Shown: piece by piece, positions 29,647 through 38,829 of the stretch | How positions within the stretch are numbered: the stretch's first letter is position 1 | Layout of the letters: each line of letters opens with the position of its first letter | The notes under the pieces: generated by a model | What the model was told of the DNA's origin: nothing | Seen by the model: only the letters and a program-made list of their open reading frames with translations | The model's database searches: none | Translations under genes and position numbers: made by a program | Source: a virus | Lineage: Duplodnaviria; Caudoviricetes | Virus record (IMG/VR): IMGVR_UViG_3300046804_002082 | Coordinates: 1 to 57,200 of that record | Reading direction: 5' to 3' (one strand) | Length of the DNA: 57,200 nucleotides

Positions 29647-29823
29647 TTAATAATGATACTCTGTTGGTTTTTCAAATTGCGATAAGAAGGCAATCTTCAT
29701 TATCATTTTGTTTAACTTATGTTTAGCGCGGGGCTTTAACTGTCCTCTACTATTTAAGTTGTTTGGGTCTTTTGCGAATGCCTCTGCCTTGCATAGCACG
29801 TCCGCCATTTTTTGTTTTCTCAT
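29647..29823 (-). CDS. Small basic hypothetical protein
   Basis: MRKQK start lies just downstream of the TATCTTTG promoter at 29845-29852. Confidence 0.5.
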   Translation of the reverse strand: MRKQKMADVLCKAEAFAKDPNNLNSRGQLKPRAKHKLNKMIMKIAFLSQFEKPTEYHY

Positions 29824-29844
29824 TGTTTTATTTGATTTCGTTAG

Positions 29845-29852
29845 CAAAGATA
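29845..29852 (-). promoter_or_regulatory. Bacteroidota sigma-A -7 element
   Basis: TATCTTTG on the - strand, downstream of a terminator. Confidence 0.65.
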
Positions 29853-29941
29853 AATGGAATAATTTATATATCAAAGACTTTAATAGGAAAAGATTTAACT
29901 TTTTTTAGTGAAAACCGTGAAAAAAGCGTGAACAAAACGTG

Positions 29942-29976
29942 AAAAAGAAAGGTAGCCCGCAAAACAAGCTACCTTT
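29942..29976 (-). terminator. Intrinsic terminator
   Basis: AAAGGTAGC/GCTACCTTT stem with a T-tract on the - strand, after gene 30010-30396. Confidence 0.75.
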
Positions 29977-30009
29977 ACTATGGAAATCACTAAAACAAAT
30001 CAACCTTTG

Positions 30010-30396
30010 TTATCTATGCCAATTGTATTTTTTTCTTACAATAGGCTCTTCATCTGTATAAGTTTCGTTTGGTTTCGGCTTCATCCAACTTGGTTTCGGC
30101 GCAATATGATATACAATTTTCGTGCCATTTTCGTCAACCTTGTTTTCGGCATTTAATCTGTGAGCTGCAAGTTCTAACTCCAACTCCATAATATCTTTTT
30201 TGAGCCTAGTCAGATAAACTAGTCCGTCCATCAACTCTTCACGTAAGTGCTGACACCAATCGGCAACGGACAAATCTGTCCTATCCATATCAGTACCATA
30301 CTTATCGTATCCTTTCTGCGCACGTTCTCCAAACTCTTTAATGATTTCAAACACTACGCTATCTGTAAATGTCGTTGTCTCTCTATTCGATTCCAT
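30010..30396 (-). CDS. All-alpha NTP pyrophosphohydrolase-like (MazG superfamily) protein
   Basis: R...G..KYG...DR.DL...W..HL.EELMD...Y motif. Confidence 0.6.
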   Translation of the reverse strand: MESNRETTTFTDSVVFEIIKEFGERAQKGYDKYGTDMDRTDLSVADWCQHLREELMDGLVYLTRLKKDIMELELELAAHRLNAENKVDENGTKIVYHIAPKPSWMKPKPNETYTDEEPIVRKKYNWHR

Positions 30397-30745
30397 ATTC
30401 TTTTAATATATCTGATATTTTTGTTGCACATTCTTCTCTCTTATTTTCTTCTAGTAGTTGCATCTTTAAGGCTGTTTCAAATAGATTGTCAGCTTGAATA
30501 GATGCGTTAACGAATTGGTCAACCAATAGGCTTGTATCTAGGTTTGTGTTACTAGCCAATAGCACATCAATCTGTTTTTCAATTGTAGTTGCTAATTGAT
30601 TGGTTAGGCTTTTTATATTATTATGATACAATCCGTTTGCCCTCACCTTGTCGTCAATAAAATCTCTAAGTGATTGGCAATACGCATAATAACGTAACAT
30701 ATCTCTTACTTCTGCGTCAGTTAATGCTCTTTTAATTCTTTTCAT
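30383..30745 (-). CDS. Hypothetical protein
   Basis: ORF track entry overlapping its neighbours in a compact operon. Confidence 0.6.
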   Translation of the reverse strand: MKRIKRALTDAEVRDMLRYYAYCQSLRDFIDDKVRANGLYHNNIKSLTNQLATTIEKQIDVLLASNTNLDTSLLVDQFVNASIQADNLFETALKMQLLEENKREECATKISDILKEYGIE

Positions 30746-31187
30746 CTTGATTGTTTAGGTATGATTTAATTGTTCTAGAATCCATTTTACCGCCATTCTC
30801 TTTAAAGAAGGCTATTATTGTAGGGTGACTTATTGAAACCATTTCGCACTCTTGGCAAAACTCTTTTCTTGCAAGCCTAACCCAGTCGCTTCGCCCCGAA
30901 AGAAAGAATGTTTTCTCTAACTTTCTATCGTACTTCTTTGCTGACGAAAATATTGCAGGTTTTAATATGCCATACATATACTTGAAATCCTTTTCTTGTT
31001 CTAGTTTCTTGTAATAGTATGCCATCCTACATTCTCGTTTAACCAAATGGATGAAACCATTTTTCGGTCTAACTTTTATTTTCTTATCGCACTTCTCACA
31101 TTTAAAACTTTTCCAAATGATTGCCTCCATCTCTTCTTCTCCGTACGGGAATCCGCAATAAGGACAATCAAGTTTATCTCCTTTCAT
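30732..31187 (-). CDS. Zn-ribbon protein
   Basis: CPYC...CEKC N-terminus. Confidence 0.6.
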   Translation of the reverse strand: MKGDKLDCPYCGFPYGEEEMEAIIWKSFKCEKCDKKIKVRPKNGFIHLVKRECRMAYYYKKLEQEKDFKYMYGILKPAIFSSAKKYDRKLEKTFFLSGRSDWVRLARKEFCQECEMVSISHPTIIAFFKENGGKMDSRTIKSYLNNQDEKN

Positions 31188-31447
31188 TAGAAAAAATCAG
31201 TATAAATTAATATAGGAGCATTCTCTACGTAAGGTATTGAGCGGGCGGTATTGTATTCGTAATTATCAATAGCCTCCTCTTCGGTCATACCTTGCTTAAT
31301 AAAGCATTCAACAATATCTCCAATAGAATATACAAGTCTAGGATTATCTGTGTCAGCATAAACGCCAATGATTGCATCATCTAAATCGTCTAGTTTAACA
31401 AAGTTATTGTCGGGAAATTGTTCGAGTATCTGTTCTAGTTTTGTCAT
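31187..31447 (-). CDS. Conserved phage hypothetical protein
   Basis: D.LDDAIIGV...LVYS...EEAI...EYN...P motif. Confidence 0.7.
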   Translation of the reverse strand: MTKLEQILEQFPDNNFVKLDDLDDAIIGVYADTDNPRLVYSIGDIVECFIKQGMTEEEAIDNYEYNTARSIPYVENAPILIYTDFF

Positions 31448-31595
31448 AGTCTATAAAATAAATGCATCGTTCTTCTCCGTCAGAAGGAGTGAACTCAACA
31501 TACACTTGTGAAAATTCGCTTGGGATTACAAGGAAACGATGACACCGATTAGATGACGGGCAATCCTTGTTTTGGCACATTGCGATATCGGGCAT
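31404..31595 (-). CDS. Small Cys-rich protein
   Basis: MPDIAMC...CP....C.RF...C.YF. AACCAAACAA leader. Confidence 0.65.
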   Translation of the reverse strand: MPDIAMCQNKDCPSSNRCHRFLVIPSEFSQVYVEFTPSDGEERCIYFIDYDKTRTDTRTISRQ

Positions 31596-31630
31596 TGTTG
31601 TTTGGTTTAGTTAAAAAATGTTGTAAAAAT

Positions 31631-31709
31631 ACATCATTATAATACCCTTTAAGGTATAATGTTTAGAAATCCCGTCGTATTTGTACCTATAAGGGTATAA
31701 ATATGATGT
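31631..31709. repeat. Long imperfect inverted repeat containing two TACC-N6-GGTA palindromes
   Basis: ACATCAT..ATACCCTTTAAGGTA pairs with TACCTATAAGGGTAT..ATGATGT in a non-coding gap. Confidence 0.75.
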
Positions 31710-31768
31710 CTTTCCATCAGTCAACGCAGTACATCTCAAAGGATTTCGGGCGATTTATTACACTTGAA

Positions 31769-31776
31769 CAAATATA
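31769..31776 (-). promoter_or_regulatory. Bacteroidota sigma-A -7 element
   Basis: Intergenic TATATTTG on the - strand. Confidence 0.6.
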
Positions 31777-31778
31777 CG

Positions 31779-32045
31779 CTAAACTAATTTCTCAAGCAAA
31801 CCTTTATCTTTAATCTTTTCAATAAATTGTTTAAAATCTCTGATATGGTAATAAGCGCTTCGCTTAATGATAATAGAATCTTCTTTAAGTCTAGCAAGAT
31901 TTGTTTGCAGGAATTGAATATCGTTATCGATAATCTCTCCCTGCTTATAATTAAACTGCAAAGGTTCGGTAGCTTCTGACAAATACTTTTCAGTCCAAGC
32001 TATTGCTGCATCATAATACTTCTGATTTTGCTTTTTCAAACCCAT
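31779..32045 (-). CDS. Hypothetical protein
   Basis: ORF track entry in a compact operon. Confidence 0.6.
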   Translation of the reverse strand: MGLKKQNQKYYDAAIAWTEKYLSEATEPLQFNYKQGEIIDNDIQFLQTNLARLKEDSIIIKRSAYYHIRDFKQFIEKIKDKGLLEKLV

Positions 32046-32253
32046 CCTTCAACTTATTAAACTGCGTGACATTAATCTTTACCCAATTCTTCCTCAACAG
32101 ATACGCTTCGATGCGGTCTTCTGCTGAACCTAGTAACCAACGACGCTTGCCGTTTACCGTGTAATAGTCTTGATTCAATTCGTTGTAATCAATTTCTACA
32201 ATCTCTGTTGACTCTGGATTGCGGTAGTATTTAAGTGAGATTTTCTTTTTCAT
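32011..32253 (-). CDS. Hypothetical protein
   Basis: ORF track entry overlapping its neighbours. Confidence 0.6.
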   Translation of the reverse strand: MKKKISLKYYRNPESTEIVEIDYNELNQDYYTVNGKRRWLLGSAEDRIEAYLLRKNWVKINVTQFNKLKDGFEKAKSEVL

Positions 32254-32525
32254 AACTCTGTTGCTAAGGGGTTTCTATTAAATTTTCTAATTTCTCTTGC
32301 TCTTTGATTTTTTCTTCTCTCGATTTCAGTAGCATCGTATATCTTAAACCAATTGTTGGTTAGCAATCTTAAAGATAACTTGCTCTTGCAATCACAGATA
32401 AATGCCATTTGAAACATAATACCTCGTTCGTCAAATTCCTCAATCAGATTGGTATCTGAATAGTCTTTGTTGCACACGGGGCAATTCAAATGGTTGCGTG
32501 TTATTAAAGGTTTTCTATTTGCCAT
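32250..32525 (-). CDS. Zn-ribbon protein
   Basis: CPVC...CDC. Confidence 0.55.
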   Translation of the reverse strand: MANRKPLITRNHLNCPVCNKDYSDTNLIEEFDERGIMFQMAFICDCKSKLSLRLLTNNWFKIYDATEIERRKNQRAREIRKFNRNPLATEL

Positions 32526-32757
32526 AAGTTTCGTTATAATATTCTTCAGGACTTAAAACTTTTCCAACTACCATAGCTACTATAGAATGCTGAAATGCTT
32601 TTTCTATCTGCTCTTTCTCTATTTCCTTAGCCTTGTCATACCATTCATTTAGAAATTCATCAGCTTGCTTTCTGCTTATTTCATCTCGAACAAGAAGCCA
32701 TTGAATCATTATAAATTTATCCTTTAAAAAATCTACTGCCGTTAGTTTATTTTCCAT
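32515..32757 (-). CDS. Conserved phage hypothetical protein
   Basis: TAVDFL...AKEIEKEQI..AF...EEYYNETY motif. Confidence 0.7.
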   Translation of the reverse strand: MENKLTAVDFLKDKFIMIQWLLVRDEISRKQADEFLNEWYDKAKEIEKEQIEKAFQHSIVAMVVGKVLSPEEYYNETYGK

Positions 32758-32917
32758 TATATTTTAAGTTTGGTAAATACTGCGGATTAAATACCCCTGT
32801 ATGTGGTTGATGGTTAATTGAATAAGACTTCGTAAGCTTCTCTACACTTACTGGCTTTGGCGGTTCTGCTATCTCGCAGGATGTACATAATATTGTACAT
32901 AAGATTAGTTTTTTCAT
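32747..32917 (-). CDS. 56-aa putative lipoprotein
   Basis: Hand-translated MKKLILCTILCTSCEIAEPPKP..., with a signal-like N-terminus ending in SC. Confidence 0.5.
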   Translation of the reverse strand: MKKLILCTILCTSCEIAEPPKPVSVEKLTKSYSINHQPHTGVFNPQYLPNLKYNGK

Positions 32918-33171
32918 AAGCCTTTTAAGTATTTATCTATTGCATCCACCGCTTTATTATAATCACTTGGTCTAGATATCTTGATATCAAAGTGTCGTCT
33001 TTCTGAAAACCAACCTTCGGGCATTGAATAGAACTGAACCAATAGGTAATGATGTGAGCCTGCGCTTCTTAACAGCAGGATGTTATCATTGTGTAATCTT
33101 AAATAAGGCATCTCAATCTTTTTTAGATACGTCCTTATTTTGGAAATCATTGCGGGTTTAATCTTGTCCAT
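32914..33171 (-). CDS. Hypothetical protein (possibly degenerate VRR-NUC-like)
   Basis: ORF track entry. C-terminal AVDAIDKYL resemblance is weak. Confidence 0.5.
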   Translation of the reverse strand: MDKIKPAMISKIRTYLKKIEMPYLRLHNDNILLLRSAGSHHYLLVQFYSMPEGWFSERRHFDIKISRPSDYNKAVDAIDKYLKGL

Positions 33172-33436
33172 AGTCGTATGATAATAAAAAGGTTTTTATT
33201 AATTGAGGTAATGTCTGAATCTGATTCGTCTCTTTATGAGTATAAATCAAATCGTCTTCGGTATTATAAGACTGACGATAATTCCTTGTCGTATAAATTG
33301 TAAACGCAGAAATCAAATCAGTTACTCTTGCTCTGACGACCCTATTAAGTTCGCCACCTTTGTTAAGACCACGATTGTACGCATCACGTAACGTAATCTC
33401 TGTCTCTTGAATTAAGTCTTCTATCTCGTCTGTCAT
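33158..33436 (-). CDS. Hypothetical protein
   Basis: ORF track entry, coupled to the exonuclease gene. Confidence 0.55.
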   Translation of the reverse strand: MTDEIEDLIQETEITLRDAYNRGLNKGGELNRVVRARVTDLISAFTIYTTRNYRQSYNTEDDLIYTHKETNQIQTLPQLIKTFLLSYDYGQD

Positions 33437-34200
33437 TTTTGTTTGGCTTGATGTTCAAATAATAGTTTTATAATATGCTGATAGTCAGCGCACTGAATTA
33501 GATTATACTTTTCTTGCTCTTCGTGGATATGGATTAGCCATAGCTTTCCAATCTTGATGTTAGTATTCTTCTCTATGATATACTTATACAAGTTTAGCTG
33601 AATCGAATAAGCCTCGAACTCGCATTCGTGTAGAAAGTTAATTGGTGCTTTCATTCGTTTACGATACTTGCTATTCATTGCAATTTCCTTGTTGGTCTTG
33701 TAATCCCATATCTCGTAAGACTTGGTCTTGTTATTCCAAAACAAGCAATCCACCATACCACCAACTCCTAGTTCGGCATCTCCCACAACCAACTCCATAG
33801 CAACGGGATATAGATTAATACTAGCATCTGCATAGAACTCTAAAAACATTCGCTTGCACTCGTTATACCGCTCAATAATCGTAGGATACTGCTCTTCGTA
33901 TTTAAGTTCATCTACGGGGAAAACTTTGTTCAACCAATAGTTCTCTGCGAACGCGTGTAATAGCGTCCCCTTTGTCCTAGATATACCTCCTTTGAAATCC
34001 CATTCAGCTAGAACTTCTTCTACTGATATGCCACGTTTCTTGGCGGTCTTTTCAGCCATCCCTTTTGAGTCAAACTTCTCTTTAAACATTCCAACGAATG
34101 TTGTTCCCGAAATCAACTCTTGCTCGCCTATATAATAAACGTGCGGTTCGTCGTAGTATTTTACGTTCTTAAACTTGGATAATTCTTGATGTATATTCAT
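33433..34200 (-). CDS. PD-(D/E)xK exonuclease (Cas4/RecB-like)
   Basis: H.YY...S.T, GTLLH, E...GMVD...IWDYKT, QLNLY motifs. Confidence 0.85.
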   Translation of the reverse strand: MNIHQELSKFKNVKYYDEPHVYYIGEQELISGTTFVGMFKEKFDSKGMAEKTAKKRGISVEEVLAEWDFKGGISRTKGTLLHAFAENYWLNKVFPVDELKYEEQYPTIIERYNECKRMFLEFYADASINLYPVAMELVVGDAELGVGGMVDCLFWNNKTKSYEIWDYKTNKEIAMNSKYRKRMKAPINFLHECEFEAYSIQLNLYKYIIEKNTNIKIGKLWLIHIHEEQEKYNLIQCADYQHIIKLLFEHQAKQK

Positions 34201-34201
34201 A

Positions 34202-35626
34202 TTAGAAAGGCGCATCGTCCCTATCGTCAAACTGATGTGGAATGCTATTTATTTGTGAGTCTATGTAAATTATTTCGGGCTGTGTAAATCTGAATAATTC
34301 TTCCTTCGTATCGGCTACTCGGTTAGTTAATACATCGCAATGACGAACAATAGAACCCGTCATACCATTACGATTCTTTAAAATTACAAACTCCAATGTA
34401 GTATCTATTTCAGTAGGCTCTGGCGTTCCATTTGCTCGCGCCTCCGTCAATGCATAATAGTGTGGACGATACAATCCAATAACGATTGATGCATCTTGCT
34501 CAATATTACCCGACGAACGAATGTCAGATAGTTGTGGGCGCTTATCGTTTCTAGATTCCACCGTTCTACTTAACTGCGACAAGCAAAGGATAGGAATGTT
34601 TAGCTTTCGGGTCAATCTTTGAATCTTTGTTGACACACTAGATACCTGTGCGAAATCGCTTTGGTCTTTGATTTGGCTATCACGAATTAACTGCAAGTAG
34701 TCAATGATTACAATGTCAATCTTATGCTTGCGACACTGCGAAATTATAATGCTTGACAAGTAATTGATATCACGATTATCTGAATCATAAAAGAAAATCG
34801 GTAAGCGCTTCAAGTTGATAGCATCCGAATCTTTAATCTTGTCAATGTCTTCTTGCGATAAACGATATGCACCTAAATCTGCGTAAGTAAACTCTGATGC
34901 TTCTGACGATATGAAACGATTCATTAAGGATTCTTTCGGCATCTCTAATGATAATAGCAATACATTCTTGCCCGACATACCCGCTTTCTTGGCAAAGTCT
35001 AAACCGACAATAGTCTTTCCCGCTGATGGTCTAGCGGCTATAACAATCATCCCTGCTTGCCAACCTCCAACTGAATAGTTAAGCTGACGACTTCCCGTGT
35101 CAACGCCCGAAAACTTTGCCTTCCCCGCATTCTCTTCTAGCAATGTGATTGTGTCGTCAAATACATCTGCAATAGACACCACCTCGCTATTAACATCCAC
35201 ACCTCTATTAAGTGCGTCATTCTCTGCATCAATCGTAGCGCGAATAGTATTAACATCCTCTCCTTTTAATAACATAGAATGAATATTAGCAGACATCTCT
35301 GCTAGTGCGCGCTTTGCATACAATTCCTTTAACTCAATACATACTTCCGACAAGTCAATAATACGCTTGGGTCTCAACGAAAGAATTTCAGCCTCATTGA
35401 CCCCTTTTAATTTCTTTGACTTAACAAGTCGGAATATGTCTGTGCGACTAAATGTATTCTGCGTGTCAGATAATTCAACGCAAGCTGAATAAACTGCCTT
35501 GTTTATCGGGCTAGTAAATACATCTGCGCTCAACATTTTCTTTGCATCTTGGGTATAATGCGAATTTTCAATTAAGAAGCTTGTAAGGTCGGCTTCTAGC
35601 ATCGGGTCAATAAGTTCTAATTTCAT
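34202..35626 (-). CDS. dnaB: Replicative DnaB-family helicase
   Basis: AARPSAGKT (Walker A), SLEM, IIDYLQL, LSQLSR, RPQLSDIRSSGNIEQDA, KNRNG. Confidence 0.95.
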   Translation of the reverse strand: MKLELIDPMLEADLTSFLIENSHYTQDAKKMLSADVFTSPINKAVYSACVELSDTQNTFSRTDIFRLVKSKKLKGVNEAEILSLRPKRIIDLSEVCIELKELYAKRALAEMSANIHSMLLKGEDVNTIRATIDAENDALNRGVDVNSEVVSIADVFDDTITLLEENAGKAKFSGVDTGSRQLNYSVGGWQAGMIVIAARPSAGKTIVGLDFAKKAGMSGKNVLLLSLEMPKESLMNRFISSEASEFTYADLGAYRLSQEDIDKIKDSDAINLKRLPIFFYDSDNRDINYLSSIIISQCRKHKIDIVIIDYLQLIRDSQIKDQSDFAQVSSVSTKIQRLTRKLNIPILCLSQLSRTVESRNDKRPQLSDIRSSGNIEQDASIVIGLYRPHYYALTEARANGTPEPTEIDTTLEFVILKNRNGMTGSIVRHCDVLTNRVADTKEELFRFTQPEIIYIDSQINSIPHQFDDRDDAPF

Positions 35627-35632
35627 ATCGTT

Positions 35633-36328
35633 TTAGTAATTATCAGGTATTTGAATCGTAGTACGTGGCGCTTGTGGGTCGCTAGGTAAATGTGTAGGCG
35701 CTGAATATTTAGGAGCGAATAAACCTGCCCAATTATTAGCAATGGATGTGTCAATGATTTGTTCTAGTTGTGCATCTGAATAGCTAGACCAAGTCTTAAT
35801 CAAAGTCTCACGACCCATTGGTTTATATGTTTGGTTCTTTTCTTTCTTATACTTAAACCATTTTTCAAAAATCAAATCACGTGGACTTAACTCCTTTTCT
35901 TCTTTTACTTTAATTTCCTTTACTTTACTTTCTTTTTCTTTACTTTGTTCAACGGTCGTTGGACTCTCGCTTAGCTGTCGTTTAGCTGCTGACTTTAATC
36001 CAGCCTCTCTGCGTTGTTCTTTCATTCTAAAATATGGTTCTAGATAAACTAACATCTTAGGAGAAAAGAACTTCTCTTCTGCATCAAACTCAAACAATTC
36101 GTAGCCACAAATAGTAGCTTTAACCTTTGCCTCTGACACACCAAACTCTTCTGCAAGTAGGTCAATATCTTCAAGCGGATACATTAAATCTTGTTGCTCC
36201 CTTAATGTTTCTAGGAGCATAAAATAAATACCATACCCCTCTACTCCCAATTCCTTTCTTAGCCTACGAATCTTTCGGTCGTGGCGTGCATTACAAAAAT
36301 GCGGAAAATAATAAGCGTCCTTTTTCAT
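35633..36328 (-). CDS. Phage replication initiator (DUF4373/Lin1244-like N-terminal domain)
   Basis: YFPH..NAR.D.KI..LR...G.EGYGIYF.LLE.L, a Lys/Glu linker and C-terminal SIANNWAGLF. Directly upstream of dnaB. Confidence 0.8.
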   Translation of the reverse strand: MKKDAYYFPHFCNARHDRKIRRLRKELGVEGYGIYFMLLETLREQQDLMYPLEDIDLLAEEFGVSEAKVKATICGYELFEFDAEEKFFSPKMLVYLEPYFRMKEQRREAGLKSAAKRQLSESPTTVEQSKEKESKVKEIKVKEEKELSPRDLIFEKWFKYKKEKNQTYKPMGRETLIKTWSSYSDAQLEQIIDTSIANNWAGLFAPKYSAPTHLPSDPQAPRTTIQIPDNY

Positions 36329-36519
36329 ACTCTTGCTATCTCTTTGTCTAGTGATGAAATAATATCTGATAATCTGTCAACCTCATTCAAAATGATATCG
36401 AATGCGGGAATGTCGGGATTGTAATGTTTAAGCACTCTTTCGTAATCTGAAAGTTCTATTTCAGTGTGTACTTTTTTAACCCGCAAAATTGCTAGATAAG
36501 CTTTGTCTTCTAATGTCAT
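36325..36519 (-). CDS. Hypothetical protein
   Basis: ORF with an AACCAAACAA leader after a promoter. Confidence 0.6.
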   Translation of the reverse strand: MTLEDKAYLAILRVKKVHTEIELSDYERVLKHYNPDIPAFDIILNEVDRLSDIISSLDKEIARV

Positions 36520-36577
36520 TTGATTGTTTGGTTAAGCCCAAGCCCCTCACTAAATGTTGCTAGTGAAAGACTTGGGA

Positions 36578-36585
36578 CAAATATA
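36578..36585 (-). promoter_or_regulatory. Bacteroidota sigma-A -7 element (replication operon)
   Basis: Intergenic TATATTTG on the - strand. Confidence 0.65.
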
Positions 36586-36596
36586 AGCAAATAAAT

Positions 36597-36899
36597 TTAT
36601 TTCGCAATAACGATACTATTTATATTCTGCGTTGGGATAGCTACCACTACGTGTCGTGTGTTATTCTCATAGCAAAACTCGCGTGGTCTACTTAAATCCT
36701 CGAACAATAAAGACTTCGCATCGGTAGTGCATCCAATGTATTTACCTAGCATAATCTCGTTATGCATAAATAATTTATATTCAACCATATACTTCACGTT
36801 TCGGTCATACTGACCTACGTTTGCCCATTTGTTGTCGGGAGCATATACATCTACTTGCTCTCCAAAACGTGTCAAATAAGTTTCCATTACTCTTCTCAT
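36597..36899 (-). CDS. Hypothetical protein
   Basis: ORF track entry. Confidence 0.55.
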   Translation of the reverse strand: MRRVMETYLTRFGEQVDVYAPDNKWANVGQYDRNVKYMVEYKLFMHNEIMLGKYIGCTTDAKSLLFEDLSRPREFCYENNTRHVVVAIPTQNINSIVIAK

Positions 36900-37147
36900 A
36901 ATTCTTTTTCTTTTAAGTTAAAATTGTTTTTAAATCTTACGTTTTTAATACCAAGTCTGTCGTAGAAAATAGTATCTATCTCTTCGGAAAATATTTCATC
37001 TTCTGACACTTGGTTGGTTTGTACTCGTTGTAAAAAATTGTACTTATCGTACACTGGTTTTTCGACTTTCTTTGGATTAAATATTATCCAAGTTGCTAGA
37101 CCGCTTGCGCTTGTTAAGCTTATCAAAATGATTCTTTTTAATTTCAT
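36896..37147 (-). CDS. Hypothetical protein with N-terminal signal/TM segment
   Basis: MKLKRIILISLTSASGLATWIIF. Confidence 0.5.
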   Translation of the reverse strand: MKLKRIILISLTSASGLATWIIFNPKKVEKPVYDKYNFLQRVQTNQVSEDEIFSEEIDTIFYDRLGIKNVRFKNNFNLKEKEL

Positions 37148-37325
37148 CCGCAATGTCGTTTTCTAGATTCGCCATCCCTATATAATGAGATGTTAAAATA
37201 AATATTAGAACAAGGATTATGACTGCTAGGAAACAATCCATTTGTGCCTCAAAAGATTTGGTCGTATATATCTTCACCATAAATAATAGCGTAGATAATC
37301 CCGATGTGTATTGTACTAGCTTCAT
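37077..37325 (-). CDS. Membrane protein
   Basis: Hydrophobic FLAVIILVLIFILT segment. Confidence 0.5.
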   Translation of the reverse strand: MKLVQYTSGLSTLLFMVKIYTTKSFEAQMDCFLAVIILVLIFILTSHYIGMANLENDIADEIKKNHFDKLNKRKRSSNLDNI

Positions 37326-37570
37326 AATAGTTCTATTGTTTTTTTGATTTGATTAATGATTTTTTCGCAAAGCACCTCGTCATTAGGCTCTGTACAATCT
37401 ATTGTTAAGTCTGTTAATTGACTACGCAAATGATTTAGATTAATGATTGGCGTGTAGTATTTCTCTTGGTAGCATTGCCGACCTGCTCTATCGAACATTA
37501 CGATTCGTGTCCATAATTTGCCCGACGACACACCTAGTGTATCCCCGCTTGAAAAGTTATATAATAACAT
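37322..37570 (-). CDS. Hypothetical protein
   Basis: ORF with an AACCAACCAA leader. Confidence 0.55.
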   Translation of the reverse strand: MLLYNFSSGDTLGVSSGKLWTRIVMFDRAGRQCYQEKYYTPIINLNHLRSQLTDLTIDCTEPNDEVLCEKIINQIKKTIELL

Positions 37571-37580
37571 ATTGGTTGGT

Positions 37581-37679
37581 TTAATAAACGATTAAAAGAA
37601 AATATGCAATTGCAACTGCAATAACCATAAGGAGGGCTTCTAGACCCTCCCCGTATGTAGGTTTATTTTTAGAACTCAT
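37581..37679 (-). CDS. 32-aa membrane peptide
   Basis: Hand-translated MSSKNKPTYGEGLEALLMVIAVAIAYFLLIVY. Confidence 0.45.
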   Translation of the reverse strand: MSSKNKPTYGEGLEALLMVIAVAIAYFLLIVY

Positions 37680-37932
37680 TTTTATGCGTCAATTTAAAGG
37701 TTGTTGGATAAGGAGATTGTATAGTATAATCATTGTCGTCGTACACTCCTACGAATAATTCGTCTTCGTATGTAAGATGCAACACAAACCGCTTGCCTCC
37801 CATTTCAAATGACTGCCAAGCATCTCTTTCAAAATCCCAATCTAATACAATATCACAATCCACTTTGTTTACCCTTGCCCATACTAATATCTTCTGCGAA
37901 AAAGGATTGATTACTACATTAAATTTAGTCAT
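37669..37932 (-). CDS. Early hypothetical protein
   Basis: ORF track entry. Confidence 0.6.
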   Translation of the reverse strand: MTKFNVVINPFSQKILVWARVNKVDCDIVLDWDFERDAWQSFEMGGKRFVLHLTYEDELFVGVYDDNDYTIQSPYPTTFKLTHKNEF

Positions 37933-38314
37933 CTGATAATTTGATTTTAAGGGCTGATAATACGTCGTCTAATGATTCACTAGGCTCGTCTGATTCTGAT
38001 TCATCCTCATCGCTTAAAAGCGCCATAAGCAATAGTTTAGACACAAGTTCTTCCATAGATTTTGGATTACGCTCTCGTCTAGCCGAAGCATCAACTCCGT
38101 CACGTTGACTATCTCGTATCTCTCTCCAATAATCTGCACCTTCGGGCGTCTTGGCGAAAAGAAAACTGCTGGATACAAACGTATCAAAGTCGTCAAATTC
38201 CTCTTTCAAGAACTCTTTAAAGTCGTCATTCTCTAATCTGCAATTAACAAAGTTGCTGATGAATTGTGATTGCTCAACCTCGTTAAGCATATCAAAATAT
38301 ATTTGTCCCGTCAT
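37925..38314 (-). CDS. Early acidic protein with F.F..TPEG..YW motif
   Basis: ORF track entry. Motif shared with 41299-41841. Confidence 0.65.
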   Translation of the reverse strand: MTGQIYFDMLNEVEQSQFISNFVNCRLENDDFKEFLKEEFDDFDTFVSSSFLFAKTPEGADYWREIRDSQRDGVDASARRERNPKSMEELVSKLLLMALLSDEDESESDEPSESLDDVLSALKIKLSDD

Positions 38315-38315
38315 A

Positions 38316-38543
38316 TTATTTATTAGTTCTTAATTGTTCGATTTGGTTTAAAAGTTTTTGTGAGTCAGCATTAGCCTTCTCTAATAGATTTTTATAAGCC
38401 TCGCTTAAACAATACAATTCAGATATCAACTCGTCTCTCAATTCCCACTCCTCCATTTCTGCATAGCATTCCATTTGCTCGTAGTCGATTGGGGATAAAG
38501 TACAATCCTTGATTGCATTTAAAATTTTTACTCGTGTACTCAT
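38316..38543 (-). CDS. Early hypothetical protein
   Basis: ATG 7 nt after a class B hairpin. Confidence 0.7.
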   Translation of the reverse strand: MSTRVKILNAIKDCTLSPIDYEQMECYAEMEEWELRDELISELYCLSEAYKNLLEKANADSQKLLNQIEQLRTNK

Positions 38544-38583
38544 TGTTTGAACGATTGCCTATACATCGTGAGGTTCTAGGTTA

Positions 38584-38829
38584 TTAAATAGAATGTGATG
38601 CAAAAGCTAAGTGAGCCATATCTTCGTAGTCATATTTCTTGGGATAATGAATCCGTTGCAAGTTATATGGGGTAGCGTCAAGACCATACTCGCAAGTGTA
38701 ACCGACTGCTCTTAATTCGTCAATCAATTCATTGCACCGCTCGTAAGAATATACATCGTCGGCATACCGCTCAATGATTTCAGTCACGTTTGCGGGCAAT
38801 AGTTCGGGGTATTCAAATAAGTCTTTCAT
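38584..38829 (-). CDS. Early hypothetical protein
   Basis: MKDLFEYPELLP...GYTCEYGLDA.PYNL motif. Confidence 0.7.
   Translation of the reverse strand: MKDLFEYPELLPANVTEIIERYADDVYSYERCNELIDELRAVGYTCEYGLDATPYNLQRIHYPKKYDYEDMAHLAFASHSI

Noticed and set aside
33433-34200. Cas4-like nuclease as part of a CRISPR system
   Set aside because: It is a stand-alone PD-(D/E)xK exonuclease in the replication operon, which is common in phages.
37632-37650. GAGGG/CCCTC hairpin as a terminator
   Set aside because: It has no adjacent U-tract and lies within a plausible 32-aa ORF.
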